64,000 nucleotides of DNA from Diadema antillarum (lineage: Eukaryota), in contig NW_027271061.1 in assembly GCF_040938485.1 (NCBI RefSeq), positions 1,364,001 through 1,428,000 of the forward strand, given 5' to 3'. The translations under genes were made by a program, and so were the position numbers. Shown here piece after piece: positions 35,173 through 48,800 of the stretch. The notes under the pieces were generated by a model. The model saw only the letters and a list, made by a program, of their open reading frames with translations, searched no databases and had not been told where the DNA came from. Numbering within the stretch: the stretch's first letter is position 1; each line of letters begins with the position of its first letter.

Positions 35173-37458
35173 GTGTGACCAAAAAGCTTAAATTGGGCGA
35201 CACGGGTCGACAGTATTACTTTCAAAAAGAGAACACCTACGAGATGCATAAAAGATACTTATCCTAAGTTTTATTGGGCTGATAATGAATCTCTACTAGT
35301 CACTAATACATGTAATTGTGAGAGTAATGGTGGCACAGATAGATATGATTATTGGTCAATTGTGGTCTATTTGGTGACACATGCATCGTTCTTACATCCT
35401 ACTATTACCGTTATCACACACCCCAAGGTAAATACGTCTAGGTAAGGAAAAACGATGTAGGTAATACATTCTTGTTCAAGACGAGAGCGAGGGCATGATA
35501 TCTCATGTAAAAGACTTCTACAAGATAGCCCAGATAAAATGTCTCTTTCAATATAGGCATTTACAGTATAATCATGGACCAAGAGTAGAATGATCTTTAC
35601 GCATTAAAAATAACATCAAAGTTTGCCCCATACTCCTAGGACGCAAGTCATTCTAGAATGACCCACTAATGATGTGCCCCGATTATTTGTCACCTGAAAA
35701 CCATCAGGAATAGATCCTTATGTGTATTGCTGGAACTGTATGCGATCACAACGCTAATATTTGCTTTAAGGATGAAGGAAAAATCACGCCCACAAGACTA
35801 TAGGGTAAAGTGAGAAGGAGGATTTTGTAAACCTTGACTCTAGAGCGCCGTAGCTTACTTAGGCAATCACATCTGACATTTTACATATAGCGTAGCATTA
35901 AGCCATCAAAGACATGACATTTGTGGGTAACAAAAGAAGACATTTAGAACCGACGTGGACAATACGATATTAAAACTCCTGGTTATCGCAGTCTCTCAAA
36001 GTCCATGTTGATTATGATCGTATCATGCTTATAACCATAAAGCCGCGTTGAACCAAACTTACTGTTCTCAAAGCAATCAACTCCTGCAGGAGAGTTGGAA
36101 AGATTAAAAAATGTAATATGTTGAAAAAGATGTTGAGAAAAACTCTGTTTTTGTTTGTACCTGCAATGTCTTTCTTTTACACAAGGCACGACACTAACCT
36201 TTGCTTTTGTTGGCCTGATTGAGGCTACCAAAACATATATTTTTTATTGAAAAGGGATGGCCCGAGACTTCTGGTGGCCCCGGCCCACCGGGCTACCACT
36301 AATGTCGAACTTTGCTTGGTTTACATAATACAACTCTACATTGATTTCCACTGTCCGTTACTCGCATCAAGGATATTCACACTCGGAATGCTGGTGTAAA
36401 GCCAGCACTCGTAATAAGCTATGCTTCTGGTCTTGTCGTTGATTCTGATTTTGATTTTGACGTACTAAATAATATCAAGGCAATGGATAAGTATTAAGTA
36501 CTTGCTCCTGAACCCATGCATAACAACATAGCTTGATAATTTTGAGGTAATCGGTACTATTATAGTAACAGTGTATATCATCTTGTGAGAAAAAAACAAA
36601 CAAACAAACAAAGAACAGTGAAGAAGACATCACTACATTAAAAGGAGATTGAGAAAAGATGCATGGTGACTTCAGAAACAATTGTAGGCGTGCCATTTTA
36701 CACCTGTCAATGTGTTGAAAAGAGGGAAAGAAAAAGACATGTAACTCTGTAAGAGTGTGATTTTCAGTCGTGTGTATAATAACGTATGTACATGTACATG
36801 TATGTGCGTGTGTGTGTTGGGTGTGTGCGCATGTGTTTAGTCAGAACATCTATCTATAGTTTGTTCTAAGATTTCGCTTGACTGAAGGCTGAATCCTTCA
36901 TTAGTGAAGTACCTAGATGGGGGTGGGTATAGGTCTAGATATACAAGCATATAACGCTTACCGCTGGGGCTTCCTGTATAACGTGCATTTATATTGATTA
37001 TTCGTCAGAGCATGATCGTACATACGGTATGTAACGGTTGGCATGAAATGCGTTCAATGGCGACAAAGGAAACAAGAAAAACGCAACAGCTGACGATATG
37101 AAATGAAAGAAATTCAACTTATTGTCATCAAATGTTGTTAAATCTTATTTGCCTCAAGATTTGCCCCTGAAAAATGGTCATAGAAAGTTAATGAATATAA
37201 ATTAGAAAGAATTTGCGATATGCTCCTTGCAAATAATTATGAGAATGAGAAACCTTGAATGCTGTTAGGCTACGTTTCCAGCTCTCGGTGTTGCACTCAG
37301 CTGTGCAAATATAGAATAAGATAACAACCTGAGCTGGGTGTGTGCAGGGATGTACCCAGTGCAGAGTGTTGTGAGGGCCTAGGGCCTAATGTTCGTAGTC
37401 AGAGTGTGATGAGTGTGACGACGATCTAGAACATAGCTTTCTCAATTTTTTTTTTTAG

Positions 37459-37700
37459 ATCGGTTGCCAAACAGTCAAGCTTTATACATATTCTTGGCAA
37501 TCGTTCTGTATGCAAATTATTAAGATGTTACTAATGTGATTACATTACAGATGTATTGTATAATTGATGAAAATGATAATTGTTCAAAGTATACTACTAT
37601 TATTTTGTACTTTGTTAATGAAATTGCAGAAAGTTGATATATTTGAAAAAAGAAATGCATACAGAGAATAAATCAAATCAAATCAAATTAAAATCAAATC
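37459..37700 (+). mobile_element. 3' UTR fragment of a CR1/L2-type LINE with (ATCAA)n tail
   Basis: aataaatcaaatcaaatcaaattaaaatcaaatc tail; homologous to 32031-32416. Confidence 0.65.
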
Positions 37701-39099
37701 CGAGGCAAAATTTTTTCGAGTCCAAGTTACATAGAGTGGAAATTTTCTTCTTTTTATTTTTTGATGGTGGGGCGATATCGCGGCCAACTGGTTGAGAAGA
37801 TTGAATTTCAAATATCTCAACTTCGACTGTCTACTGAATAGATGAGTTTGTCAAAGTACGATAGTTTTTAACATTAGAAAAATCATAAGTCGCTTTTCGA
37901 AGTCTTTCCTACTGAATTTGTTTTCCATTTTATCAACACTATCAGAGTCTTGATCTTGATCTATGTATATATATTTGTCACATTATAACAGAAAGAGCGC
38001 AGGTTAGCAAAACAGCATCAGAACTTTTCACTTCTTCCTTCTTATTGTATACAATCATCCAAAAAGCAATAACTTCCATAGATTTCCTGAAAGGAGTCCA
38101 TTCGTGCTTGCCGTATGGAGGCAGGAAGGCAGAGATCACTTTAAAATCGATGCAATTTGTTGCCACGCAGATCTGGATAGAGAGACCGAAGAATCTCCAG
38201 CATGCCGAGCAGACATAATTTTCCTTTATCGCTTTTAGATTTTTTTTCACCCCAGTGCCTTCTTTGTCGTTAATGGACGAGAGCAATTAAGGCTTTTAGC
38301 ATTCTGATACTAGTAGCGACTGGGCACTTCATGCCCTTTGAAAGATATGTTCCATCAATGTTGATACAAACTGTTATAGAAAATGTCAGACAAAGAGATA
38401 TACATGGAAAAGACCGCGTAGAGAAACTTAAGGTTCTTCATAGTCAAATACCAGTGCTGTTATGTTTTCTTTCTCTTTTCAGTCTCACTCCCTCTCTCTC
38501 ATCAATCTCACTCTCTCTGTCTGTCTCTCACTTTTTCCATCTTTCCCTTGCTCTCTCTCCCTCTCTCCCTCTGTCTCTATTCACTACACTTCCTTTTGTC
38601 GAAGATACATTAATTGGTATGACTCCGTGAGGCATTTTTGAAGTAATGATAAGTTTGTGATTTGATGCAGAATAATGATGGACAGCGACCGACCGGTGAT
38701 TTGTATGAAATCAAACCATACTTCATGTAGGTTTTATTTTTTTTTCTCTCCAGAACAGTTCAAGGATTTCCAGAGCCAGAAAGTCAATGATAGCATTGAA
38801 GATAATACTTCAGCTGACTTCACGTGCACTTGAAGCTTTGTGAATTGTGTATTTTGTGAAGTGGAATAATTGGTGTCTGCAACTGTTCTCAGTAAATTTT
38901 CCATGTGATTGCTCAATTACTGCGTTGCATTAGAAATTGCAACTCACTTTGGATTGTTGATAGTGAATGGACCCACGAATCGTCAACTCCACTCGGAACA
39001 ACCTTCACGATGTAAGGGAGATAAAGAAATGAACAAGTATTATTTGGTAAATGAACTATGACGACAACATCAGTCGTAACGATGATAAGGATAATGATT

Positions 39100-39343
39100 G
39101 TCTAATTCACCCATCAGACAATGTCAGAGCAACCAGTACGGTGTGAACAATTTTCCCCAGAAGAGACTCTGCCACTGCAATTACCCAATCATTGTCTACA
39201 GGTACCCATAAATATGCTCCGGGGTCAAAGGTGAAAAAGCCGGCAAAACATGTTCTCCAAGGACGTGCGAGTAGGCAGGACTCGAACACGCAACCTCCTA
39301 TCGTCGAGTCCACAGATTGATCCACTATGTCGCCATGCTTCCA
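39100..39343 (-). mobile_element. Degenerate tRNA-derived SINE of a different family (no Deu core)
   Basis: Minus strand: A-box-like tggcgacatagtgg, B box gttcgagtcc, then ccttggagaa...tttcacc...atgggtacc core. 3' boundary approximate. Confidence 0.6.
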
Positions 39344-41738
39344 TGCGTATTATCGAGAGTTATTGGTTTGCTTTGTTTGTTTTAAAAGTGGATAATATCA
39401 AATGTAAACTTGCTTTAATCGCTAATTGCCGTAAGGTATATTAAGATTTGATTCTCAATACTGCTCGGGTCGCTTAGTTACGCTTAAGTTGTGATAAACT
39501 GCTATCAAAACTCGTTTATAGTCAACACCCCTGACCATTACTCGTCAAAAATACTCACTCCCTCAAGAAATAACAGCAAACAATGACAATATCATGAAAT
39601 GAGGTTGTCAATCATTATTCTAATTTTCTCCCCGTTTCTTTCATCATGTGTCATTTGATTGACATCCAATTTGGATGCATACTTATCGAATTGACATGTT
39701 TTCATGATCTACCTGGAGTTACTCACGTTTCGGAAAGCGTTTGTTGTAATTGTAGGCGTGTTATCACAGACATCCATGTACTGAGAGGGCTTACCTCGTT
39801 AATTATGGACTGTAGGTATGAACTGTATGATGACAACATGACNNNNNNNNNNNNNNNNNNNNNNNNNNNNNNNNNNNNNNNNNNNNNNNNNNNNNNNNNN
39901 NNNNNNNNNNNNNNNNNNNNNNNNNNNNNNNNNNNNNNNNNNNNNNNNNNNNNNNNNNNNNNNNNNNNNNNNNNNNNNNNNNNNNNNNNNNNNNATATTA
40001 TTAAGCATATCATACAATGTTTATATGTATATATTATGCTGATATCCTATAGTTTGTTGCATATTAGTACAAGGCCAACAGTTTCATCATTCCAGCAGAT
40101 AACTAGTTGGTGGAAAAGAAACCTTGCAGAAAAGAAATCATAAATTAATTGTAAAAGATAATGACACAACAAGGAGATGTTTTTTTTAAAGGGGTTTGTA
40201 ATGTCTCTAACCCGTGGAACGAGTGATTCATATGATGTATATTTGCACACGTCCCTTGGATGAAATGAATAATAATGATAGAATCTGATCTTTGGTTGTG
40301 TGTGGGCAGATGGGGGTGGGGTGGGGATGGGACGCAGACAGTCATGCGCGAGAAATGTAGGCAATATAAATTCGACCCAGGTTTCAAACGTAACATCAAA
40401 TTTCCCCGTAAGGTTGAACCTTTGTGCATTGCGTTGACATCAAGGACTCTAGAACATTTTCATCCACCACCTTCCTCCTCCTTGCAGAAAATTTAAGCGC
40501 CAAAGGTTGGTATATTTCACTTTTTAAACAGACTACTGATGTTTTCAAAGTAATCCCGATCTCTATCGTGACTAAAATGATTATCCATGACTATACTGCA
40601 GGCAAGATTTACAAGGCGTTATTTTATCAAAATGAGATAGTTGCCACATTTTTATGTATTCTGCATCTTTTTACATATGTAATATATTCTTAAACTTGAT
40701 GATTTTACGGCATTTTATGGCAATAAACGTTACTGCTTTCAAATTAGTATTTTTCTTCGAAACTATATGAGTGGCTTTATTAACAATCGTAATGTATTAG
40801 TTGGCGATGTAAAGGTACAACTGGGTCGTGTTCTCAGAAATCTAGAGCCGAAGATACTAGTAAATGAGTAATTGTTCTATGGCAAATGGGGTAAGATCTC
40901 GAAAATAATAATGTCCAAGTAAAAAAAAAATCGTGTCATCACAGCCCTGCAGCATTAGTTTCTAACTACATGGTATGTGTGTGTGTGTGTGTGTGATAAC
41001 TGGCAGCACGTAAAAGGCGAAAACTTCTTGCTAGAATGCTTGCACTGTCGCACGTCACCAGGCGTAGTAACTCTGCTATGTAATGTACAGCTGGAATGGA
41101 GCTTCATGATTTTTGCTTCCCAGCGAAGTGAAGATAAAAATAGAAATATGGTAGCATGATGAATATCACATTAATGTCATTATGCTAGGACCATCTTATC
41201 TATTGTAGCAAATTAAAATGGTTATAGATTACAAATTCTTGTGTTGTGATTGAACTCGTGGGTATTATTTGAAATTCCAACGAAGTTTATTCATTCATTT
41301 CCTTATCAAAACATAATATTTACACAAATCAAAACACAATTGCCGTGGTACCATTAATACATTTTGAATGAAGGGGGTGATAGAAAGCACACACGAGGCT
41401 TGTTGGAAATGATGCCCCCGCAAACAAGTTTGTCTTTTTATTTTCAATTCATCACATACAGCTCAATAATGCATTTGAACTAAATACATACTTTAAAATT
41501 AATCTATTGGATATATTGCATTGATTTCAACTCGGCAAAAGGGGAGAATACAGTGAGTTAAACAGTACAGTTGGCCCACAGTAAGCCCCTTCCGGAGGCA
41601 CGAATCTTTATTGTCCCTAAAAGTCATTTTATGGTACTTTTCCTTCTTTAGACAAATTTCACTGGCAAACCTAGTGCACAATCCACGACGTACTGTTAGG
41701 ATCAGCCACTGTGTGAATCTGCGCCGGTACTGGAACGT

Positions 41739-42839
41739 ATGTCCACCAGAACTGCTGCCATGGGTTACAACGTATCAGAGACTGTTCAGGTAGGATCGGT
41801 TGCGTACGATCTTGATGAGGCCAACTACGAGTATTATGACATCATAGCACCAAGCCCAAACCAGAACCCCATCGCGTGGTCCTGGAATTCGATGGCCCTG
41901 TCATTGTTTGTGGTTTGCGAACTTATTACTTCTATCTTGGGAATCTTGGGCAATCTCCTGGTGGTCGTGGTCGTTTTCCAACGTCGATCTCGAAGCCGCT
42001 CAACTGACATCCTGGTCGGAAACTTGGCGATTGCCGACTTTCTGACGTGCGTATTCCTGCTGCCGTACCCGGAAATACGCACCGTTCCCGATTCGTGGCT
42101 GGGGTCGCTCTACTGTAGGTTCGTACGGGGGCACTATCTAATGTGGACATCAGTGACAGCATCGATATACAGTCTTCTTGCTGTCACTGTCGATCGCTAT
42201 TTCGCCATGGTGTATCCGATTCATTTCAAGCGATACGTGACCAGACCACTCATCAACGTCGTCGTCGTATCTGTCTGGACGGTTTCGAGTATGCTTATGG
42301 TGCCAATGCTTGTCATTAACAAAATGAACATCGATGGGGTGTGTGTGTTTATTTTCCCGTCCACTACGTTTCAAGCTGCCTTTGGCGTCTACATTTTCGC
42401 CATCCGAATCGCAGTTCCAACAACCATTATGTTATTTACGCAGCTAGCCATCGTGAGAACGCTCCATCGCCAATCGTCCCGCTTCGAGAACACAACGGCG
42501 TCGTTCCACGACGTCGCGCGCACTCGCATCCTCAAGCTTACTTTCACCATCGTATTACTGTACATCGTCTGCTGGTCGCCAAACCAGTTTGCGTTCCTCG
42601 CGTACAACCTCGGGCTCACACAGGCTTCCTACGCCTACAGTCCTCTCAGCCGCGTGTTTATCGTCATTGCTTTCTGCAACTCTTGCGTCAACCCCATCCT
42701 CTACACATTACGGCATCCCCAGTTCCGGGATGCAGTCAGGGCGTATTTCAAGAGATCTACCGGCAGCCATGCACCAATCTTTGCAGAACCTAGTCTGGCC
42801 AGCAAGCAAACGCCTAACAGAAAGAAATCATCGGCATAA
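41739..42839 (+). CDS. Intronless class A (rhodopsin-like) peptide GPCR, galanin/allatostatin-A receptor-like
   Basis: Seven hydrophobic segments: GN (TM1), LAIAD (TM2), YC..DRY (TM3), W (TM4), CWSP (TM6), NSCVNPILY (TM7); ECL2 Cys; N-terminal NVS sequon. The second ATG at 41760 (gctgccATGG) is the likelier start. Subfamily is inferred. Confidence 0.92.
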   Translation: MSTRTAAMGYNVSETVQVGSVAYDLDEANYEYYDIIAPSPNQNPIAWSWNSMALSLFVVCELITSILGILGNLLVVVVVFQRRSRSRSTDILVGNLAIADFLTCVFLLPYPEIRTVPDSWLGSLYCRFVRGHYLMWTSVTASIYSLLAVTVDRYFAMVYPIHFKRYVTRPLINVVVVSVWTVSSMLMVPMLVINKMNIDGVCVFIFPSTTFQAAFGVYIFAIRIAVPTTIMLFTQLAIVRTLHRQSSRFENTTASFHDVARTRILKLTFTIVLLYIVCWSPNQFAFLAYNLGLTQASYAYSPLSRVFIVIAFCNSCVNPILYTLRHPQFRDAVRAYFKRSTGSHAPIFAEPSLASKQTPNRKKSSA

Positions 42840-43368
42840 AGGGTCTAAGGCCCATGGTCAGTGATGGCGGCTGGACCAAGGTATCTTGAAATGTTAGAAT
42901 CTTAATGGTTAGTCGGACTGTCACTGCATGCAATGGTACTGCGTTCAGTGGTTCTGGTTATAGTGTGTACACTAACATATCGCTTAAAAGTCATTTCTTC
43001 AAAGATTTCATTTTTCCACACGCTAACTCTGCTATCGAATATTCTACTTTCAGTCATCCTTCATAAAATATAAAGGAACTTTATTTTAGAAACGCTGGAA
43101 TCTCAATAAGCACATGTAATGGCTGGATGATTTGTTGAATGTTTCATATAAGCATTTATGCAGGACTGCGCTCAATTGATGTTACTCTGCCTGCTTTTTT
43201 TCTCAGTCATTTTCCCGTTTAAGTGAATACACATAAGGTTAAAAGACATGTTTGACTTATATTTCATATCTCACTTAAACACCTTCACTTTATACGTACG
43301 TATTGTGTACATAAATTTCATGTCCAAAAGAAATTCTACTATACTTACGGTGGTAATAAATGATATTA

Positions 43369-43371
<3 letters not shown>

Positions 43372-43416
<45 letters not shown>
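43372..43416. repeat. (TA)n microsatellite
   Basis: About 22 perfect TA units. Confidence 0.95.
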
Positions 43417-43418
<2 letters not shown>

Positions 43419-45607
43419 GCATGGGAAAAGCTACATTTCTGTGGTAAAAAAAAAATCATAGATGAAGCTGTAGGTATTGTAGACATAGTGATATTGAAGC
43501 AAATCGTTTTTAGACCATATCTACATGACAAAGAAAACATACTCAACTTTCTTAATGTAAAGTTATTGCGCTTTAAGCCATGTACCAATGCATTTCTTTT
43601 CAACAGATCGAAACCACAAAATGTAGTAAAGTATTCCGTCTGACACCACCTGTACACTGAAGATGTTCATTCACTGAATCATCAATTTGTTTATGCAATA
43701 TCAATGAATGAATTAAACTGTTAATCAAAATCGTCATTTGCTCATTGCACTGGTGTTAATTATACAATGCATTGTCATGCATTTAGTAGAGTAACGTGGT
43801 CTGGTCTTGAATTCATGTATGTGTACACACCTAGCTTAATGTATTGAAACATGATTGTTTCGGGTGTTAAGATGATGCTCCAAACTGTTGTGGGATGTTT
43901 CGTGAGATACCAGCTTCTTTGGGGGTCATCCTACGAATTAGACATCCACGATCCACACGGCCCACTAGCAAGACATTGGTAAAAGGGTCCACGAGTCTTG
44001 TCCTCACGAGTTATACAGAAACGAGCAAGACACCAAGACCCATTATCTAGACACTAGGGCTTTATTTGCTATCTCGAGGGCATATTTTAACATGTCGAGC
44101 TCGTGGGCCTGTCACCTAGTGACTAGCTCGTGAGCTGTATGACTCGTGACTGCATGACTTGTTGGTTGTTTTACTTGTGGGCAGGTATAATCGTGGACTA
44201 TTTAAGTCGTGGACGTCTGGCTCTTGACATGCACCCACTTCTTGTCATTATTCTCTATTATGAACTCAGTAAAAAAAATCCCTTCTTTCATGAGTACATT
44301 TGAAATAAGTGTGACAACAGTATTTCTTTTTACATAATATACATAACAATTTATTCGTATTTACAAGGATCAAGTCGTGGAAAATAAGAGACACATTTAC
44401 AAACGAGCTGCTACAGTGTTGCACTTTCCTAATGATTACGTGTTTATTCATTTATCTATTTCAACTATAGCAAGAAATCTTGTGCAATTGCTAAATTTGC
44501 TTGATATATTGGGCATGTGTCATTGTGTGCTATCAACAATCTGGAATGTCAAGGATAAAAAAGACCCGAACGAAACAAGGTTTTAGATATAATAAACTCT
44601 AAATTTCTTCAAATCAAACTGTTCCAGTATTATACATTTCAATGGCTACTTCAATGTTATTAGAAGTGAGAGAGATAAGTCAAGTGGTGATCGTAGACTT
44701 TAAACGTTTATGCTGTAGCTACGAAGCAATGCAAAAAGCGTTGTAATACTACTCTTTATCCAGGGAGATTGGCTACTATTATATTTATATGATTATTTTG
44801 TCGATTTGTTATTTTGTTGGAAAAAAAAGACACCAGGTATTTCATTTGTCCGTTTATTATCATTATTATCATTTTTTTTTTTAACTTCAGAGGTAAGTGT
44901 CAGTTTCTTTGCGCTTTCTCTACATTGTCATCTCAGATTCATTCTGTCAGTTGTCTGTGGGAAATACATAATTTCATTTTACGTCCACGTGAAGGCTTTT
45001 TCAACACCAGCGGTCAAATCAATCTGAAACCAATGTCCCCATGATAACACTGCATCTAAGTGCGTACCACACTTCTTCTGCTGATCAATTGCAGCCATGC
45101 ATAAACAAAATGTTCATGTGATCTTGTAAGAAAGATTCAGAGGTAAATTTGTCAGCAACTAATCGCTGCAATGGCGATAGTTCAGTCCTATATTGATGAG
45201 TACTGTTGTAAGTATCCATACGTTAATCAAATTTTACCCGTTTGTTAATGAAGTAAGCCGGCATGGTCTCTTTTGAAACCTTTCGTGTGTATCATCCCGA
45301 AATCCGCCAAACGTGATTTCTGACAGGAGATCTGTTTCATTAGGCTTGAAAATACTTTGATTAATTTCATTTTCCTGTCATGCAAAATTCTTATCAATTA
45401 GGGAATAACTAAAATGGTCCCGGAATGCCCATCATACATAACATTGCTATTATTCCCTTAATTTTCGTAGAGTTAATGCGCGAATCACATCCAGTTCTGT
45501 TCTCCCGCCCGGCTTTGATAAAGTAGTCAGAGATTGTGTGCTGACGTCATTGGTCACCTGATCCTTACGACGTCACAAGGCTGGATCGACCGGTCCACGT
45601 CCTCGTC

Positions 45608-45876
45608 TCAGAGCTTGGTCTTCTCTTCCGCCGTCAGGGCCTTGATCTTGTCGTTGTAGTGCTTGGACATGAGTACCATTGTGATGATGAGAAGGGCACC
45701 GAGCGCGCAGCTGACGGCGATCAGGGCGATCTTGAACGTTTCTGCCTCTTCCTGAGCAGCGTCGATGCGCTCCAGCACCTCGGTGTCGAGACGGTCATCC
45801 CCGCCGTCGGGTCCCTCCGTCGGGTCGGGCTCCTCCGGCATCATCATCATGTCTTCCGTCATCGTCGACGCGTACG
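45608..45876 (-). CDS. Met-rich gene exon 13: stalk, transmembrane helix and 18-aa cytoplasmic tail
   Basis: ...IALIAVSCALGALLIITMVLMS-KHYNDKIKALTAEEKTKL*; phase 1 start. Confidence 0.9.
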
Positions 45877-48800
45877 CTGGGAGGAAAAAAAAACCGCATA
45901 AAAAAAAATCAATAACTGAAATTAAGATAATCTTGGAAAAAGGTATTTTAAACAGCTTGTAGCTATAACAGCTAGGTTTACTACCAACATTATTCATTCT
46001 TTTTATGTATTCCTTGGTAACAAGGGTCCTTCCCGCTAACTAGAAACCTTACCCGGGTCGTACCCAGCATACCAACAACTGATACTGCAGCATGATTCTG
46101 AGAATGGAAATTCACTGATTATTCATATCCATAAATTTGGAAATACAAATTATAGTTATGATGATGATCATATTGATTTGATTTAATTTTACTGGAAACC
46201 ACATAAAAATGCTACACATCATCATGCCTAGATACATGGTATAAAAAAAACAAACGATACGGAGAATGGAATGCTTTGAGAAGGGGAAATTGGAGCTGTT
46301 ACCTGCTAGTGACAGTGACCTCTGCAAACAAATGATGATGATAAAAATAACTTTACTTCTTACCAATAATAATCATTTTCATTTGCTGCGTTATCATTTT
46401 CATCACTCTCACTAAGGCTGTTACTATCACTGTGTTGTTTTATTGTCCCATTATTATCCCTCTTCTCCATCTCTTCTTCCTCCTTCTAATCATCATCACC
46501 ATCATCTCCTTCGTCATCACTGAGAGCCTTACCTGGTATGAAAGTGTAGAAGGCCTTGAAACCGAGATCCTCGGTGGCATAATCCGACTCGAACTTGAGG
46601 TGCAGATGCTGCCCGCTGGACCGGAAGACGTGAGGGATCATGGTTCCACAGAACGACTTGTCCCCGAGCTTTTCCCACCCGTCCTCGGTCTTGTCATAAA
46701 TCTACGGATAGACGGAGGGAGATGGGGATATAGCCACAAACTGTATTCTAGCGAGGGTGTAACATTTCGTAACGATCAGCGCGTGATTATAGAAGTGTTG
46801 CCTTTTGTAACAGCACAATTATCAACACCTTCTCCGCGGCACATGGAGCATGGGTACAGTGGAGAAATTCATGTTTCGTTCTCCTTCTCTAACTCCTCCC
46901 TAATAAACATACAGTAAGTAGAAACAAGTGAGTCGCATATTGAATGGGCACAGTCATTCATGATTTGGTTTCTTTTTTTTCTTTCTTTTTTTTTGCCATT
47001 CATCACGCTTGTACATTCACTGGAGACTTACCGTGAGGCTGTCGTGCATACACTGCGATTGCCACTGAGTGCGGAAGCGCAGCATGTAGACCGCCACATT
47101 GTGTCCAGGGGGCGCCACGAGATAGTGGTTGCACGCCACGTTGCTCGGGTAGTTCATCGGGAACATTGGGGAAGAGATGTGTCCGGGTCCACTAGTTATC
47201 GTCTCGTCACATGAATAGCCTGCAGAAAAAAGAATGGTTCGAAAAAGAAATCCCTTAGGTACACTTCACTATAATTATGACTAGAATTAATCATAATCAA
47301 CATACACATTTACGTATTACACTTCATGTTCATCTTGAACACCAACTGCAGAGGAGAACATTTCTATAGACAGCTGTTTTCGGCCTACATTAGTAATTTA
47401 GGATTTCATATTTCTGCTTGGATGCCTTAGTAGGGTAAGATTTCCGTAATAATGTATCACCTATCAAAAAGAATAGTTTGCAAGTTATATATTTCTCAAC
47501 CAAAAATCACGCACTGGTAACACTATGAACTCTAATTCACACTCATAAAGTAATGATTTCATATTATTTTATTATCAGCACATAATATTTTCATGGTTTA
47601 ATGGAGAGAGGAATTATTGAATAAAGTACACGATGCAGGAACTGGGCCCTTGTTGAAATGAAATAAACATGTCATTAGCAGGTTTGCCTAGGTCGTCAAG
47701 ACAAGTGCAGTCCCTCAAGTATATCACAGAACATAACTTGCGTTGGGGGCTCTAAATATGGTATTCTAGAATACAAATCCCTTTCAGGACAGTGAATACG
47801 TGTTACGTTAGAAACACTAGCAAACACAATGAGGTCTTTGCACTGAGGACTGCTAAGAGCATATTTACGTACGCTTTGTTGCGCCGTGGTATATTGCGAT
47901 ATAAAAGAAGCATTCAAAATAATGGAAAAATGTTGCGTTAGGAAGATCTTTCATGCGAAAAAATGTCGATGGTGCTTGTACTATGAATACGTGATCGTTT
48001 AATGAGTGTATTACCTGATCCATACTCCATGACGACACCAAGGTATTGTGCCTTGGTGGAGTACTGGTCGATGAGGGCGTGCGAGCCTTCCACAGCCACT
48101 ACTGATTCCTTGTGAAGCTCACTGAGACAGTGCGCTACTCCCCGTCCTTCTTTCGACTTCAGCTTCATGACAACCTTCTTCAGTTTGGCCATCAGGTATG
48201 CCTTCATCTCCATGGTAATCTCCTCACCCATGCCCTGGTCGTCCTCCATCTCGTCATCACCTTCCATCATCCCTCCTTCTTCCATCATAGCTTCCATCAT
48301 CATTCCCATTTCTCCGCCCATCATCCTTTCCATCATCTCACCCATCATCTCGCCCATCATTCCTTCGCCCATCATCATCTCGGACATCATCATCATCTCA
48401 TTATCCGTTTCCATGTAGCTTTCCTCCATTTCTTCGTCACCGGCCATCCCGCCAGTCATACCTTCGCCCATCATCCCTGGCTCTGACTCCTCCATGCCCT
48501 TCATGCTCTTCAACTTGTGCAAAATGTCCAGAATACCCGGAGGCAACATTGACAAGATATATTCCTCAAGCTTTTCTCCCATTTCCTCTTTATCCATCTC
48601 GCCTTGGTAATCCTTCATCATCTTCATCTTTTTCATGATTTTACCCAACAGCATCTCCAAAGGAGGAAGGTATCCTCCGCGAGCGACCATTAGCCCAAAT
48701 TTTGAGTGGATGTTGTTGCAACTGAAAGGTCCTCGTGAATCCAGAACGCGGAAGTGGAGCTTGTTGGTGGTGAGCGGAGACTGCATAATTGTCCACTTGT

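Noticed and set aside
33612-35582. Short ORFs at 33612-33866, 33763-34083 and 35367-35582 as transposase or RT relics
   Set aside because: No recognisable motif in any frame I translated
37978-38916. GC-richer patches and a strong plus-strand acceptor at 38753 as a small extra gene
   Set aside because: No coherent exon chain, start codon or domain could be assembled
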